NCBI GenBank assembly: GCA_019057385.1
Contig: JAHQJS010000004.1
Span: forward strand, 1,201,068 to 1,265,067
DNA from: Candidatus Borrarchaeum weybense
GTDB lineage: Archaea; Asgardarchaeota; Sifarchaeia; Borrarchaeales; Borrarchaeaceae
Length of the DNA stretch: 64,000 nucleotides
Direction of reading: 5' to 3'
Part shown: positions 49,876 through 58,162 of the stretch, in pieces
Layout of the letters: each line of letters starts with the position of its first letter
How positions within the stretch are numbered: position 1 is the first letter of the stretch
The notes under the pieces: generated by a model
Told to the model about the DNA's origin: nothing
The model's database searches: none
Seen by the model: the letters and a program-made list of their open reading frames with translations, nothing else
Translations under genes and position numbers: made by a program

Positions 49876-51310
49876 GTTACTACTTTCGTAGAAAAATATT
49901 AAACTTCTTCCATACTAACCACAGGAACAAGTGGAAAGTAGTTAGAGGACTGGGGACCATATACTCCCAGGGATAGCCCGCGATCTCGTATGTTGCATGC
50001 GGCGTTATAGTCGGCGTCACCCTTATAACCGCAAGCTGGACATACGAATTTTTCATCTCGACGGATACCCCTGCTTCCACACTTGTGACAGACTTGACTC
50101 GACCAGTATGGGTACACCTCTATCAGGAAAACACGGTTTTCCTCGCAGAGCAACTCCAATTTGGTACAAGCATGACGATAAGCCCAGTGTGAGAGCAGTC
50201 GGTTAGTGTAACGATTTCTTCGCTTCTTTTTATATTTTCGCGCTTTCTTACTTCGTCCTTTCTTCACATCTCGTAAGCGTTCGATCACTAGCACTCTTAT
50301 TCTCGTGAAATCTATCTTCTTCAACTCACTATTGATGTGTTCTTTAATTATTAGGTGGCTTTTTTTCCTTCTGTAAAACCGCTCTATTTCCTGTTTCAAT
50401 GTTCCTCCAACGATTTGACCATCAGATATCACTGCTAGTTTGCGAAAGCCCAGGTCCAGACCTACCATCTCTCCCAATTTTCTTATTGGGGGCAGTTGCT
50501 TCTCGAAGAAGACATCAAGGAAAAAGCCTTGTTTGGTTCTTCGTAGCCTACAGGACTTCAATAACTCCCAACCCTTATTATAAAAAGAGTTAAAGTGATG
50601 ATGTCGTTTGGTTGGCAGATAAATGGGTCTGCCACCTAAAATAGAGATTTTGATCCAGAGGTCAAAGGTGTTGTTGCCTTTTTTAATTTGCGCAAAGCGT
50701 TGGTCCAGTTCAAGTGTGGCTTTACAAATGACTGGTTTGGTTTTTTTGGTACGTTTACGCTGAGACTTGACATTCTGGAGTGCCTGTTTGGCGGCACATT
50801 GCTTGTATCGTTCTGTCAGTGATGTCCTTATGTGCAGGTAATATTTTTTAGGGACAAATGAGCCTTCGAATATATTATGATTCCAGAGGGTGTTGATGCA
50901 TTTCTGCATAAAACTGAGATATTCATCAATTAAGTTATTCAGTATACTTTGTTTAAGTTTAGTCACATAGTTTAAGCTAAGGGTGGCCCGCCTAATCACG
51001 ATATTCTCAAATCCTTTCGTATCTCGATATTAAACTATTAGTTACTAAGACACGTACTTAAGAAGAGTATTAGTCTTTATGATGCGGCTTTACAGAGTTA
51101 GTATATACAATCACCTTTTTTTAAGAACAGACTCCCCTTTGTATAAGTAAAATATCAAAAAAGAAAACCGCTTTCAGCGTTATGAAGTTAGGCAAATTGA
51201 GAGGAAACCTGATTGTATGATTACTTCTGATATAACCTCATTAAAACAAATTATGGCGATGTGTTTACGCGTTTTCTATGATTTCTATATTTTTACCTAA
51301 ATCTCTTTCA
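49871..51310 (-). mobile_element. IS607-like tnpB element lacking tnpA (1440 bp; junction ambiguous within an 8-bp repeat)
   Basis: TATAGTGA at both junctions (49868-75, 51308-15); removal restores a 166-aa ORF; TAGAAA-type subterminal repeats at both ends. Confidence 0.8.
49899..50999 (-). CDS. tnpB: RNA-guided endonuclease TnpB
   Basis: RuvC-I GLDLG, RuvC-II VIERL, Zn finger CHKC/CPAC, RuvC-III DADYNAACNI; catalytic D-E-D present. Confidence 0.93.
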   Translation of the reverse strand: MIRRATLSLNYVTKLKQSILNNLIDEYLSFMQKCINTLWNHNIFEGSFVPKKYYLHIRTSLTERYKQCAAKQALQNVKSQRKRTKKTKPVICKATLELDQRFAQIKKGNNTFDLWIKISILGGRPIYLPTKRHHHFNSFYNKGWELLKSCRLRRTKQGFFLDVFFEKQLPPIRKLGEMVGLDLGFRKLAVISDGQIVGGTLKQEIERFYRRKKSHLIIKEHINSELKKIDFTRIRVLVIERLRDVKKGRSKKARKYKKKRRNRYTNRLLSHWAYRHACTKLELLCEENRVFLIEVYPYWSSQVCHKCGSRGIRRDEKFVCPACGYKGDADYNAACNIRDRGLSLGVYGPQSSNYFPLVPVVSMEEV

Positions 51311-51375
51311 CTATACATTTTAATTAGTTCAATTAAGTCGTGTTTCGAAAAATCCTTGAAGTCTGCTATTTTCAT
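51308..51375 (-). pseudogene. 5' part of the DUF6125-like gene
   Basis: SD AGGTGA, then ATG 51375: MKIADFKDFSKHDLIELIKMYS. Confidence 0.8.
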
Positions 51376-51453
51376 AAGCTCACCTAATTTCGCCTCTTAC
51401 TTGTTTCAGAACTTCAGATAGTACCAAAAAACGTAGATGAAGAGTAAAATAAT

Positions 51454-51861
51454 TCAAAAATTAAATCTGACGGATAATATGTCTTTTATTTTAGTGATAA
51501 AAACTTCAGCATCATTTATAGCGCTTCTTGCGTCATCTTCTGATATAAAAGAGACTATTCCGTAATCCGCGCTTTCTCTAAATGAAAGTAATTTATTTAG
51601 AATTCTACCAAACTTTTCTTCTAAGAGGCCTTCTTTAATAACCCGGATTCCAAAAACAACTTGGAGACCTTTGTGTGTTCTTGTATCTTCTCCTAAAAGA
51701 TATAAAAGTGCTTTTGAAGCATGAAAAACACTATAGTAGGCTCGACTGATCGCATCCTCGTAAAATTTATTTTTAAAGAGAAGCTGAGCTGCAGAAATTG
51801 CTTTATCTGATCGCTCTATATACTCTTTGGCAATCTTGAACGTGTTTTCTTTTTCACTCAT
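51454..51861 (-). CDS. HEPN domain protein
   Basis: DAISRAYYSVFHASKA, THKG, RESADY; start ATG 51861. Confidence 0.9.
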   Translation of the reverse strand: MSEKENTFKIAKEYIERSDKAISAAQLLFKNKFYEDAISRAYYSVFHASKALLYLLGEDTRTHKGLQVVFGIRVIKEGLLEEKFGRILNKLLSFRESADYGIVSFISEDDARSAINDAEVFITKIKDILSVRFNF

Positions 51862-51863
51862 AA

Positions 51864-51998
51864 TTACCACCTCAAGGAGACCCCCCAACATGTTGGGGGG
51901 AGGAATTGAGGTTGGGCGTTGCTCACACTACCCTTTCTGCGGAGACAGGGTTTGGTGTACCCAACCTCAGGTGGTGTGTTAATGACGGGTACTCGCAA
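51864..51998 (-). pseudogene. iscB: iscB remnant (N-terminus fused to C-terminus)
   Basis: TTG start MRVPVIN... joined to ...QFLPPTCWGVSLRW; PLMP, RuvC and HNH parts missing. Confidence 0.6.
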
Positions 51999-52009
51999 GT
52001 CCCGCCGCT

Positions 52010-52262
52010 CCCCACACCAAGGGAGTAGGTTCTCTTCGCCAAAGTTATCAGTCAGTACTATACGATGATCACTGAGAGTTTCCTCTCTGTTTAAACCACC
52101 GTTTACAGAGCAAAGGACTAGAGAAGCATCCTTTGGTGTGTTCTTGAACTCTCCTGATAACGTAGATACCGCCATAGACTATATGACCTCTCTTAGGCTA
52201 ATCAACCAATTACTCTTGCTCCTCACGGAACAAGCCCTCTATTTTTTTGGAGGGTGATTGAC
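52010..52262 (-). ncRNA. HEARO/IscB omegaRNA scaffold
   Basis: GTCAATCACCC..GGGCTTG, GTTGATTAGCCTAAG, CTACGTT, GGATGCTTCTCTAGTCC, TTTAAACAG, TTGGCGAAG in HEARO order; 3' boundary approximate. Confidence 0.82.
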
Positions 52263-52588
52263 AATCGAATGCCTTCCTTTAGAATGTTCTTAATTATAGG
52301 ATCTCCTTTCTTATGACGATATTCTTCTTTGGAGAGAAAAACTAAAGAGACAGGCACAGAGTACTTAAGATATATTTCCGAAAGTTCATTTTGAAGAGCG
52401 TCCCTTTTATTGTTATCTCCTACAATTAGCAAATCAAGATCACTGTCTGGACGGTAATTACCAGTTGCAAATGAACCATAAATAATTGCCAAGTCAATTG
52501 ATTCTTCATTGTTCTTCAGGATTTTTTTCAGAAGATCAATTATTTCTTTTTCGTATAAATATAACACTCTGTTGACCTCATAAATCAC
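52223..52588 (-). CDS. Minimal nucleotidyltransferase (MNT), C-terminus extended by the insertion
   Basis: YGSFATGNYRPDSDLDLLIV (GSx10DxD); last 12 aa derive from the element. Confidence 0.88.
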   Translation of the reverse strand: MIYEVNRVLYLYEKEIIDLLKKILKNNEESIDLAIIYGSFATGNYRPDSDLDLLIVGDNNKRDALQNELSEIYLKYSVPVSLVFLSKEEYRHKKGDPIIKNILKEGIRLSITLQKNRGLVP

Positions 52589-52653
52589 AATGTTTTAATA
52601 AACAAAATAAAAAAAGTGAGATGACTTATTAATATTTTTCAGTTCCAGTGATC

Positions 52654-53763
52654 TTATCTATACAGATCGTCAAGGTCATCTCGGTTACTTTGAAATCTTT
52701 GTTCATCAAGATCTATTTCAACATTTCTAAATTCTTGAACTTGCATTGTGCTTCTATCTGTCTCGGGAAGCGCTGATTTTGCAACAATGTAAAACTGACA
52801 TAACTTTTCTTTGTGCATGAGAGTTATCCCACTCCACTTTCCATCCTCTGTTCCGAATCGTATCACAGATCCAAGCCCTGCACCTTGTTTTTCCTCTTCA
52901 AAGGACATCTTTGCTTCTGCGAGAGCATCTGATACTTTTTTCCAGTAGTCTTCATTGCTTTTCAAAACGTCTTTAGATTCTTCTTTATCCATCCTTAAAA
53001 TTGCTTCCATTATAAAGCCGTTCAAGGTCTCATTTCTGACTTCTTTCCAAGCTTTTTTATTCCCATAGAACTCTAGCGCATTTAATTGCCCGTTAATGAA
53101 TACGGCAACACCGCACTGTTTTTCTACATCTTCAAAATGAAGAGTATATTTTTCAACACGCTCTTTTTGGTCACTGGCTAATTTATTATAGGAACGTGAT
53201 ACGTTTTGATCTGTCGTTTGTCCAAATACTGCCATTTGTGCTTCAATTCCGCCCCAGATTGAACCTTGTGAATCTACTTCCTCCTTCATGGCGTTAGACA
53301 TGATAGACGGGTTCAGGCGGATCTTTGCTGATTTGAATTTACGGTGTTCTGTTCCTTTTGGTGCAATTTCAGTAGAATTTTCAAGTTCAAATGACCATCT
53401 TCCTGCTTCCACGCATCTTGAAGGAATTGGAATTGGTTTGCCTGTCTGAGTTGGCGGAACAAGCAATGGTTGGTAAATAACTCGATCCTGCTTGCCACCC
53501 GAGATTGTGTGCCCGAAGGGTATCAAAATCGGAATTTTCGATGAATTAACGACTTCCAACTCGCTCACGCTTGCCGATTCTTGTTCACTAATATGGCTTG
53601 CGTTTTGTAATTCGGCTTCCTTTATAGTCATGAACTCTGCTTCATCGCCTTCTAAAATAAGCGGGATTATAGTCATGTTCTTGTAGCTTTGTAAATTTCC
53701 AAATCTTATTATTTTGTTTATATCTCCTTCAAAGATATTTTTTAAATAATCTAAATGCTTCAG
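52654..53763 (-). CDS. ARPP-1/DUF6569 family protein
   Basis: GGKQDR, CVEAGRW, QGSIW, QCGVAVFING; frame is open upstream of ATG 53676 to CTG 53763. Confidence 0.72.
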   Translation of the reverse strand: MKHLDYLKNIFEGDINKIIRFGNLQSYKNMTIIPLILEGDEAEFMTIKEAELQNASHISEQESASVSELEVVNSSKIPILIPFGHTISGGKQDRVIYQPLLVPPTQTGKPIPIPSRCVEAGRWSFELENSTEIAPKGTEHRKFKSAKIRLNPSIMSNAMKEEVDSQGSIWGGIEAQMAVFGQTTDQNVSRSYNKLASDQKERVEKYTLHFEDVEKQCGVAVFINGQLNALEFYGNKKAWKEVRNETLNGFIMEAILRMDKEESKDVLKSNEDYWKKVSDALAEAKMSFEEEKQGAGLGSVIRFGTEDGKWSGITLMHKEKLCQFYIVAKSALPETDRSTMQVQEFRNVEIDLDEQRFQSNRDDLDDLYR

Positions 53764-53769
53764 TCCTAT

Positions 53770-54198
53770 TCAATCCTCCTTTTTGGGTTTTTTGAGTTTA
53801 GTTTCCTCAAGGGGTTCAATGTTATCGTTCAAGATTTCTAATGCACGATTACCGTTAGTGGTTAGTGCAAAACCAAATTCAAGGTCTTTACTTCCATTTT
53901 TATATTCCTTAATATTTCGCCAACCTCTATATTTCGGACTAGCTAATTCTTCAAATTCTACGTGCTCTCTATGTTGTGTTATCAATTTCTGGGTTTTTAA
54001 TCTCTTCAACTTATTTGAAATGGTTGATTTTGGAACAGGCGTAGGAGGCGTGTCATCATCACTCTCTGATAGTAAATATTGTAGCTCATTTATTCCTTTA
54101 GGCTCAGAAAGAGATGTGATGATTTTTTGCTCACGAAGTGCTTCAAGCAATTGTTTTGGTGATAGTTTCTTCTTTTCTTTCTCATTTTCTTTACCCAT
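53770..54198 (-). CDS. ArsR-like winged-HTH regulator
   Basis: PKSTISNKLKRLKTQKLI...FALTTNG; SD GGGTGA. Confidence 0.7.
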   Translation of the reverse strand: MGKENEKEKKKLSPKQLLEALREQKIITSLSEPKGINELQYLLSESDDDTPPTPVPKSTISNKLKRLKTQKLITQHREHVEFEELASPKYRGWRNIKEYKNGSKDLEFGFALTTNGNRALEILNDNIEPLEETKLKKPKKED

Positions 54199-54219
54199 TA
54201 AATCACCCTTTTGGGACTA

Positions 54220-54274
54220 ATAGTTCTATTTTTTCGAACTATCTATCCCATATAGTGAAATAATAGTTTATAAA
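54220..54274 (-). promoter_or_regulatory. TATA box and inverted-repeat operator of the HTH/ARPP-1 operon
   Basis: TTTATAAA 54267-74; ATAGTTC-N9-GAACTAT 54220-42 at the expected transcription start. Confidence 0.55.
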
Positions 54275-54618
54275 CCTTTGTACGGATTCGATTAACTTCG
54301 AGTTAATTTCTTGTAGTTAATGCTCCATTCATTAGAAAAGCATTGAAAAAGAGTTCCCGCTTATAAAAAGCATACAAAAGAAGCCAATTAAAGAATATCG
54401 TAAAGAAATACTGACGGTTAATTAAGAAACACTTTTTTAACCATAGTTGTTATCAAAGAGAGAACGATAAATGCATTTTTGCTTTTGTGGACATTTTTCC
54501 ATTTAGATATACCATAATGAACGATTATTAAGCCACAATATTTATATTATAAATCTATCTATGAAATAGTGTAAATATTTCCGTTTACGGATATTGTTCA
54601 ATATGATTTGAGAAGGAG

Positions 54619-55395
54619 ATGAACATGAAATTCTCCGAAACTTTAACGGATAAGGATGCCAGAATAGTTATCGGAGAGCTTACACTAAGAGAACTAGAGC
54701 AACTTTATTCCCAAAGGGAATGGAAACAGACCCTAAGCCCTAAAATCGTGACCACAATTCTTAAAGAAATTCTCAAAGAGGCGACTCTTGAAGATATTGA
54801 AATAAGAGAAGAAACTGAAAATAATGAACGGTATGCAAAACTGCTGCAATTTTTTGGAGATATTTTAAAGGACTATGTATGTATCAACGGTAGCAGTATT
54901 TCTCCGATGTTAACAAAGGAAGAATGTGATGCTGAGGTAGAACACCTAAATCAAGTTGCTAGAGCACATCATCTGTCTTTTCAACTCGCTTACGGGATGA
55001 AACATAAAATAGGAGAATGTATAAACAAAGAACTTGGTGTAATTGACGAAACCTACAGTAAATCGTGCAAAGCAAGGGAACAGGTAGAATGTATAGATTT
55101 TGACATTATTGTGAAAGAAATTAAGCCAAAATTACATGAAAACGTCCTAAAATTAGTAGAAAGATATCATCCGATTCTCCTTGAAGAAAAACAGAGTTTA
55201 ATCGAAAATACTACTGATGAACAGCTTGACAGAATTTTAGAACTTTATGTTAAAAATGCAAAAAATTCTATCGAATATGGATATCTCAAGCATGATCCTC
55301 AGAAGATCAAAGACTACATTTATAATGCTGTCTTAGAAAGTATAGAATGGTGGTTAAAAAACGTTTTTGAAGACCAACTTATAGATTTCATTTAG
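54619..55395 (+). CDS. Hypothetical alpha-helical protein
   Basis: 258-aa ORF with SD AAGGAG; no motif recognised. Confidence 0.65.
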   Translation: MNMKFSETLTDKDARIVIGELTLRELEQLYSQREWKQTLSPKIVTTILKEILKEATLEDIEIREETENNERYAKLLQFFGDILKDYVCINGSSISPMLTKEECDAEVEHLNQVARAHHLSFQLAYGMKHKIGECINKELGVIDETYSKSCKAREQVECIDFDIIVKEIKPKLHENVLKLVERYHPILLEEKQSLIENTTDEQLDRILELYVKNAKNSIEYGYLKHDPQKIKDYIYNAVLESIEWWLKNVFEDQLIDFI

Positions 55396-55663
55396 ATAAT
55401 CCCCTTTTTCATTGATAAGGGACGAGTTTAATCCACGGAATTTCCTGTAATAGAAAACCTCCTCTTTTTAGGTATTTAATTGTATATTAGGGAAGTAATA
55501 GGGAAGTAATAAAACCATCCAGTAGAAGTTCCACCAATTTTTGGCGCCATAAATATTTCTCTTAGAGTGAAAGCATATACTCCACGGTTTTGTGGTATAC
55601 GTCAGTTTTGAAGCAGAAGTTTAGGTAACTCTTACATTTGTATCGATCAGCTTAGATACATAT

Positions 55664-55738
55664 CGAAAATTTTAAATATGACATTGTCATTATCATACCC
55701 AAGTTCATCAATAGTTTTCCTGAATCGAATTGATGAAC
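55664..55738 (+). promoter_or_regulatory. BRE/TATA and inverted repeat upstream of acr3 (candidate ArsR operator)
   Basis: CGAAAA-T-TTTAAATA 55664-78; GTTCATCAAT-N16-ATTGATGAAC 55703-38. Confidence 0.6.
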
Positions 55739-55823
55739 AAATCTTTAACGGGGGCGTGTGATCCTCTTATGATATGAAATTAACAGAAAATTACATAGAG
55801 GTATTAAAGCAGGTGTAAACGAA

Positions 55824-56933
55824 ATGAATACACAACAAATACAAGGTCAAGTTGAAGTAAAGGAAGAAATGGGTCGATCAATTAATTATTTTGAAAGATA
55901 TCTTACCGTCTGGGTAGGTCTTTGCATTGTTGCTGGCATTGTGCTTTCTCAAATAATTCCAGCGATAAGTACAACCATTGATTCGTGGCAATTTGCTAGT
56001 ATTAATATTCCGATTGGCATTTGCCTGTTCTTAATGATGTATCCTGCAATGCTCAATCTCCAAACTTCAGAGATTAAAAAACTAGGTAAAAATCCCAAAC
56101 CGATAATTCTAACTCTGATTTCAAATTGGATTATTGCCCCTTTCGTTGGATTTCTAATGGCAAGGATATTTCTCGCTGGATTTGAGCAATTAATAGTAGC
56201 TGTAATCTTACTAGCGAGTTCACCTTGTACTGCTATGGTCTTAGTTTGGGGCTGGATGTGTGAGGGAAACCAAGAACAAAACGTGGTCAATACTAGCCTA
56301 AATACGGTCACTATAATGATCCTATTTGTTCCAATAGTTGCGCTTCTCACAGGAATCCAAAACATCCCAATTAATTACTTGCTACTTATTCTGTCAGTGG
56401 TCTTGTTTATTGGATTACCTATGAGTCTGGGAATCATTAGCAAAAGAGCAATTGTTTCCTTAAAGGGATTAGAGTGGTTCGATAATATTTACCGCCCTTT
56501 TGTTGGAAAAGTATCTATTGTTGCACTATTAACTACTTTGGTGGTGCTGTTTTCTTTAAATGGAAATGTATTGCTGCTTAATCCTGACCTTCTGGTCTTA
56601 GTGTCAATACCTTTGCTGCTAGGCTTTGCTATAGTCGTTGGTTTCAATACTTTGATTACGAAAATATTCAGTCTTAATTACAGGGAAGCAATTATCACGG
56701 TAATTATTGGATCTTCAAGTCACTTTGAAATTGCGATTGCTACGGCTGTTACAATGTATGGTGTCGGTTCACTTGCCGCCTTAGGAACTACAATGGGATT
56801 ATTCTGGGAAGTTCCCATTATGCTCGGTTTAGTTTATTTAGGAAAATATCTTGGCAAAAGAGGGTTCTGGAAATGGCCGGAATCAGCATTAGATGCATGT
56901 GAAATTGTTGATGATCCCTCTGTTACATTATAG
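55824..56933 (+). CDS. acr3: ACR3 family arsenite efflux transporter
   Basis: FERYLTVWV, MMYPAM, NWIIAPF, PCTAMVLVW, SHFEIAIA, EVPIML. Confidence 0.93.
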   Translation: MNTQQIQGQVEVKEEMGRSINYFERYLTVWVGLCIVAGIVLSQIIPAISTTIDSWQFASINIPIGICLFLMMYPAMLNLQTSEIKKLGKNPKPIILTLISNWIIAPFVGFLMARIFLAGFEQLIVAVILLASSPCTAMVLVWGWMCEGNQEQNVVNTSLNTVTIMILFVPIVALLTGIQNIPINYLLLILSVVLFIGLPMSLGIISKRAIVSLKGLEWFDNIYRPFVGKVSIVALLTTLVVLFSLNGNVLLLNPDLLVLVSIPLLLGFAIVVGFNTLITKIFSLNYREAIITVIIGSSSHFEIAIATAVTMYGVGSLAALGTTMGLFWEVPIMLGLVYLGKYLGKRGFWKWPESALDACEIVDDPSVTL

Positions 56934-57051
56934 GTTCGACAATTCCCTAACTTCATCCCTTTTTTATTTTATCTACTTTAATAGAAAAATGAACGATTAT
57001 ATCTTGAAGCAAATAAAGTTTATACATCTCAAATGAAAGAAGTGAGTTAAC

Positions 57052-57465
57052 ATGCCGATAGAAAGTGAAAGATTAGAAAGACTTATTGACTCGGGAGAAT
57101 GCCCTTCAAAAAGTTCCGAAGTTTATGCAAAAGAGCTGAAAGCGTTAAATGATCAATTAGATAAAGAGGTTCCCGAAAAACTACTCCAATTGTTTAATGC
57201 ATTATCGGATCATAAAAGATGGAAAATTGTTAAACTGTTACTCAATCGCAAATTGTGCGTCTGTGAGTTTACTGAGGTGCTAGAGGTGACACAATCGACT
57301 GTGAGCCATCATCTGAGTATTTTAGAGAGCGCAGGACTAATAAGAGGCTTTAAGAAAGGAAAATGGACGTTTTATGAGGTAAAAAAACCAGATCACGTTG
57401 CCAAACTTTTTAAATTTGCTGAAGAATTAGTTAATTCCAAGGTTAGTGTTCTACCAGCCATTTAG
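57052..57465 (+). CDS. arsR: ArsR/SmtB metalloregulator
   Basis: LCVCEF...QSTVSHHLSILESAGLI. Confidence 0.9.
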   Translation: MPIESERLERLIDSGECPSKSSEVYAKELKALNDQLDKEVPEKLLQLFNALSDHKRWKIVKLLLNRKLCVCEFTEVLEVTQSTVSHHLSILESAGLIRGFKKGKWTFYEVKKPDHVAKLFKFAEELVNSKVSVLPAI

Positions 57466-57470
57466 GAAAT

Positions 57471-58055
57471 TTATCTTTGATGATTGACTTTTTGTAACTC
57501 CTGTTCTTTCTTTTGTCTTAAAAGTGCCTCCTTGTTTGGAACATCATCTTTTAATAGAAAGGATGCCCACGTTGTATCTACTTTGTCAATATTTGCTTCC
57601 CAGTATAGTAAACGGTCATACAACCAATTACATTCTTTAGCAATCACATCATCAGCGTCTTTTTGTTCAGCAGCATATACAAATGCAGTAATCGTGTACA
57701 TAACAAAACCCATGGCGTGCGTTTCAATATGGACAGTTCCAACAACGTGTCCCATAGCGCGAGCAGCAGCACAAGCAGCGGGATCTTCTTCGGCGACTGC
57801 GGTTGCGGCATTGTGTGTAGCATGGGCAGCCTTTTTGGCCACTGGCATTTTTATCTTTCCACGCGCCCATGCTTTTGCTGCTTCAACAGCTTCTCGTGGT
57901 CGCTCATCTTGGGGATACTTCTCTTCAAAAATCGGAAGTATGCGCTCGGCACATTCAATACTCCATACTACCAACGTCCTATGCTTTTGCTTTTCAATCA
58001 GTTCCCTAATTGGCCGTAAGCAGGCGCTTTCTCTTGTAACCAAAAGTTTTTTCAT
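57471..58055 (-). CDS. Imm5-like putative immunity protein
   Basis: WSIECAERILPIFE...DERPREAVEAAKAWARG...AARAMGH. Confidence 0.75.
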   Translation of the reverse strand: MKKLLVTRESACLRPIRELIEKQKHRTLVVWSIECAERILPIFEEKYPQDERPREAVEAAKAWARGKIKMPVAKKAAHATHNAATAVAEEDPAACAAARAMGHVVGTVHIETHAMGFVMYTITAFVYAAEQKDADDVIAKECNWLYDRLLYWEANIDKVDTTWASFLLKDDVPNKEALLRQKKEQELQKVNHQR

Positions 58056-58162
58056 AATTTTTCTCCTTAATTTTTAATTTTCTTTGCTGGGGAATTAGTT
58101 TAACCACTATTTCAATTAGAATTGTAGTAAAAAAAACTGAAGCGAAGAACTTCCAGTTTGAA

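Larger units (their letters stand above)
51862..52262 (-). mobile_element. Internally deleted IscB element (IS200/IS605 superfamily); 3' TAM ATGA
   Basis: Starts GTCAATCACCC, ends CAATTCCTCCCCCCAACATGTTGGGGGGTCTCCTTGAGGTGGTAATT; removal restores MNT ...EGIRL-stop overlapping the HEPN ATG. Confidence 0.88.

Noticed and set aside
49874-51047. 9-bp repeat TAGTTACTA as the tnpB element boundary
   Set aside because: Excision there leaves stop codons and no start, whereas the TATAGTGA junction restores a full gene.
51000-51310. Group I intron (IStron) in the tnpB leader
   Set aside because: AT-rich with no recognisable P4/P7 core by eye; an Infernal scan would be needed to exclude it fully.
53770-53772. 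Sec readthrough fusing the wHTH and ARPP-1 genes
   Set aside because: No Cys-like motif context (KKED-stop), no SECIS-like hairpin seen downstream, and an SD overlaps the stop.
55488-55605. TAGGGAAGTAA tandem pair and a CCACGG/TGTGG palindrome as a CRISPR or IS remnant
   Set aside because: Only two adjacent copies without spacers, and the palindrome is too degenerate to assign.
57484-58077. Long antisense ORFs (also 7563-8039, 53783-54220, 62339-62806 and others)
   Set aside because: They shadow well-supported genes on the opposite strand and lack motifs.
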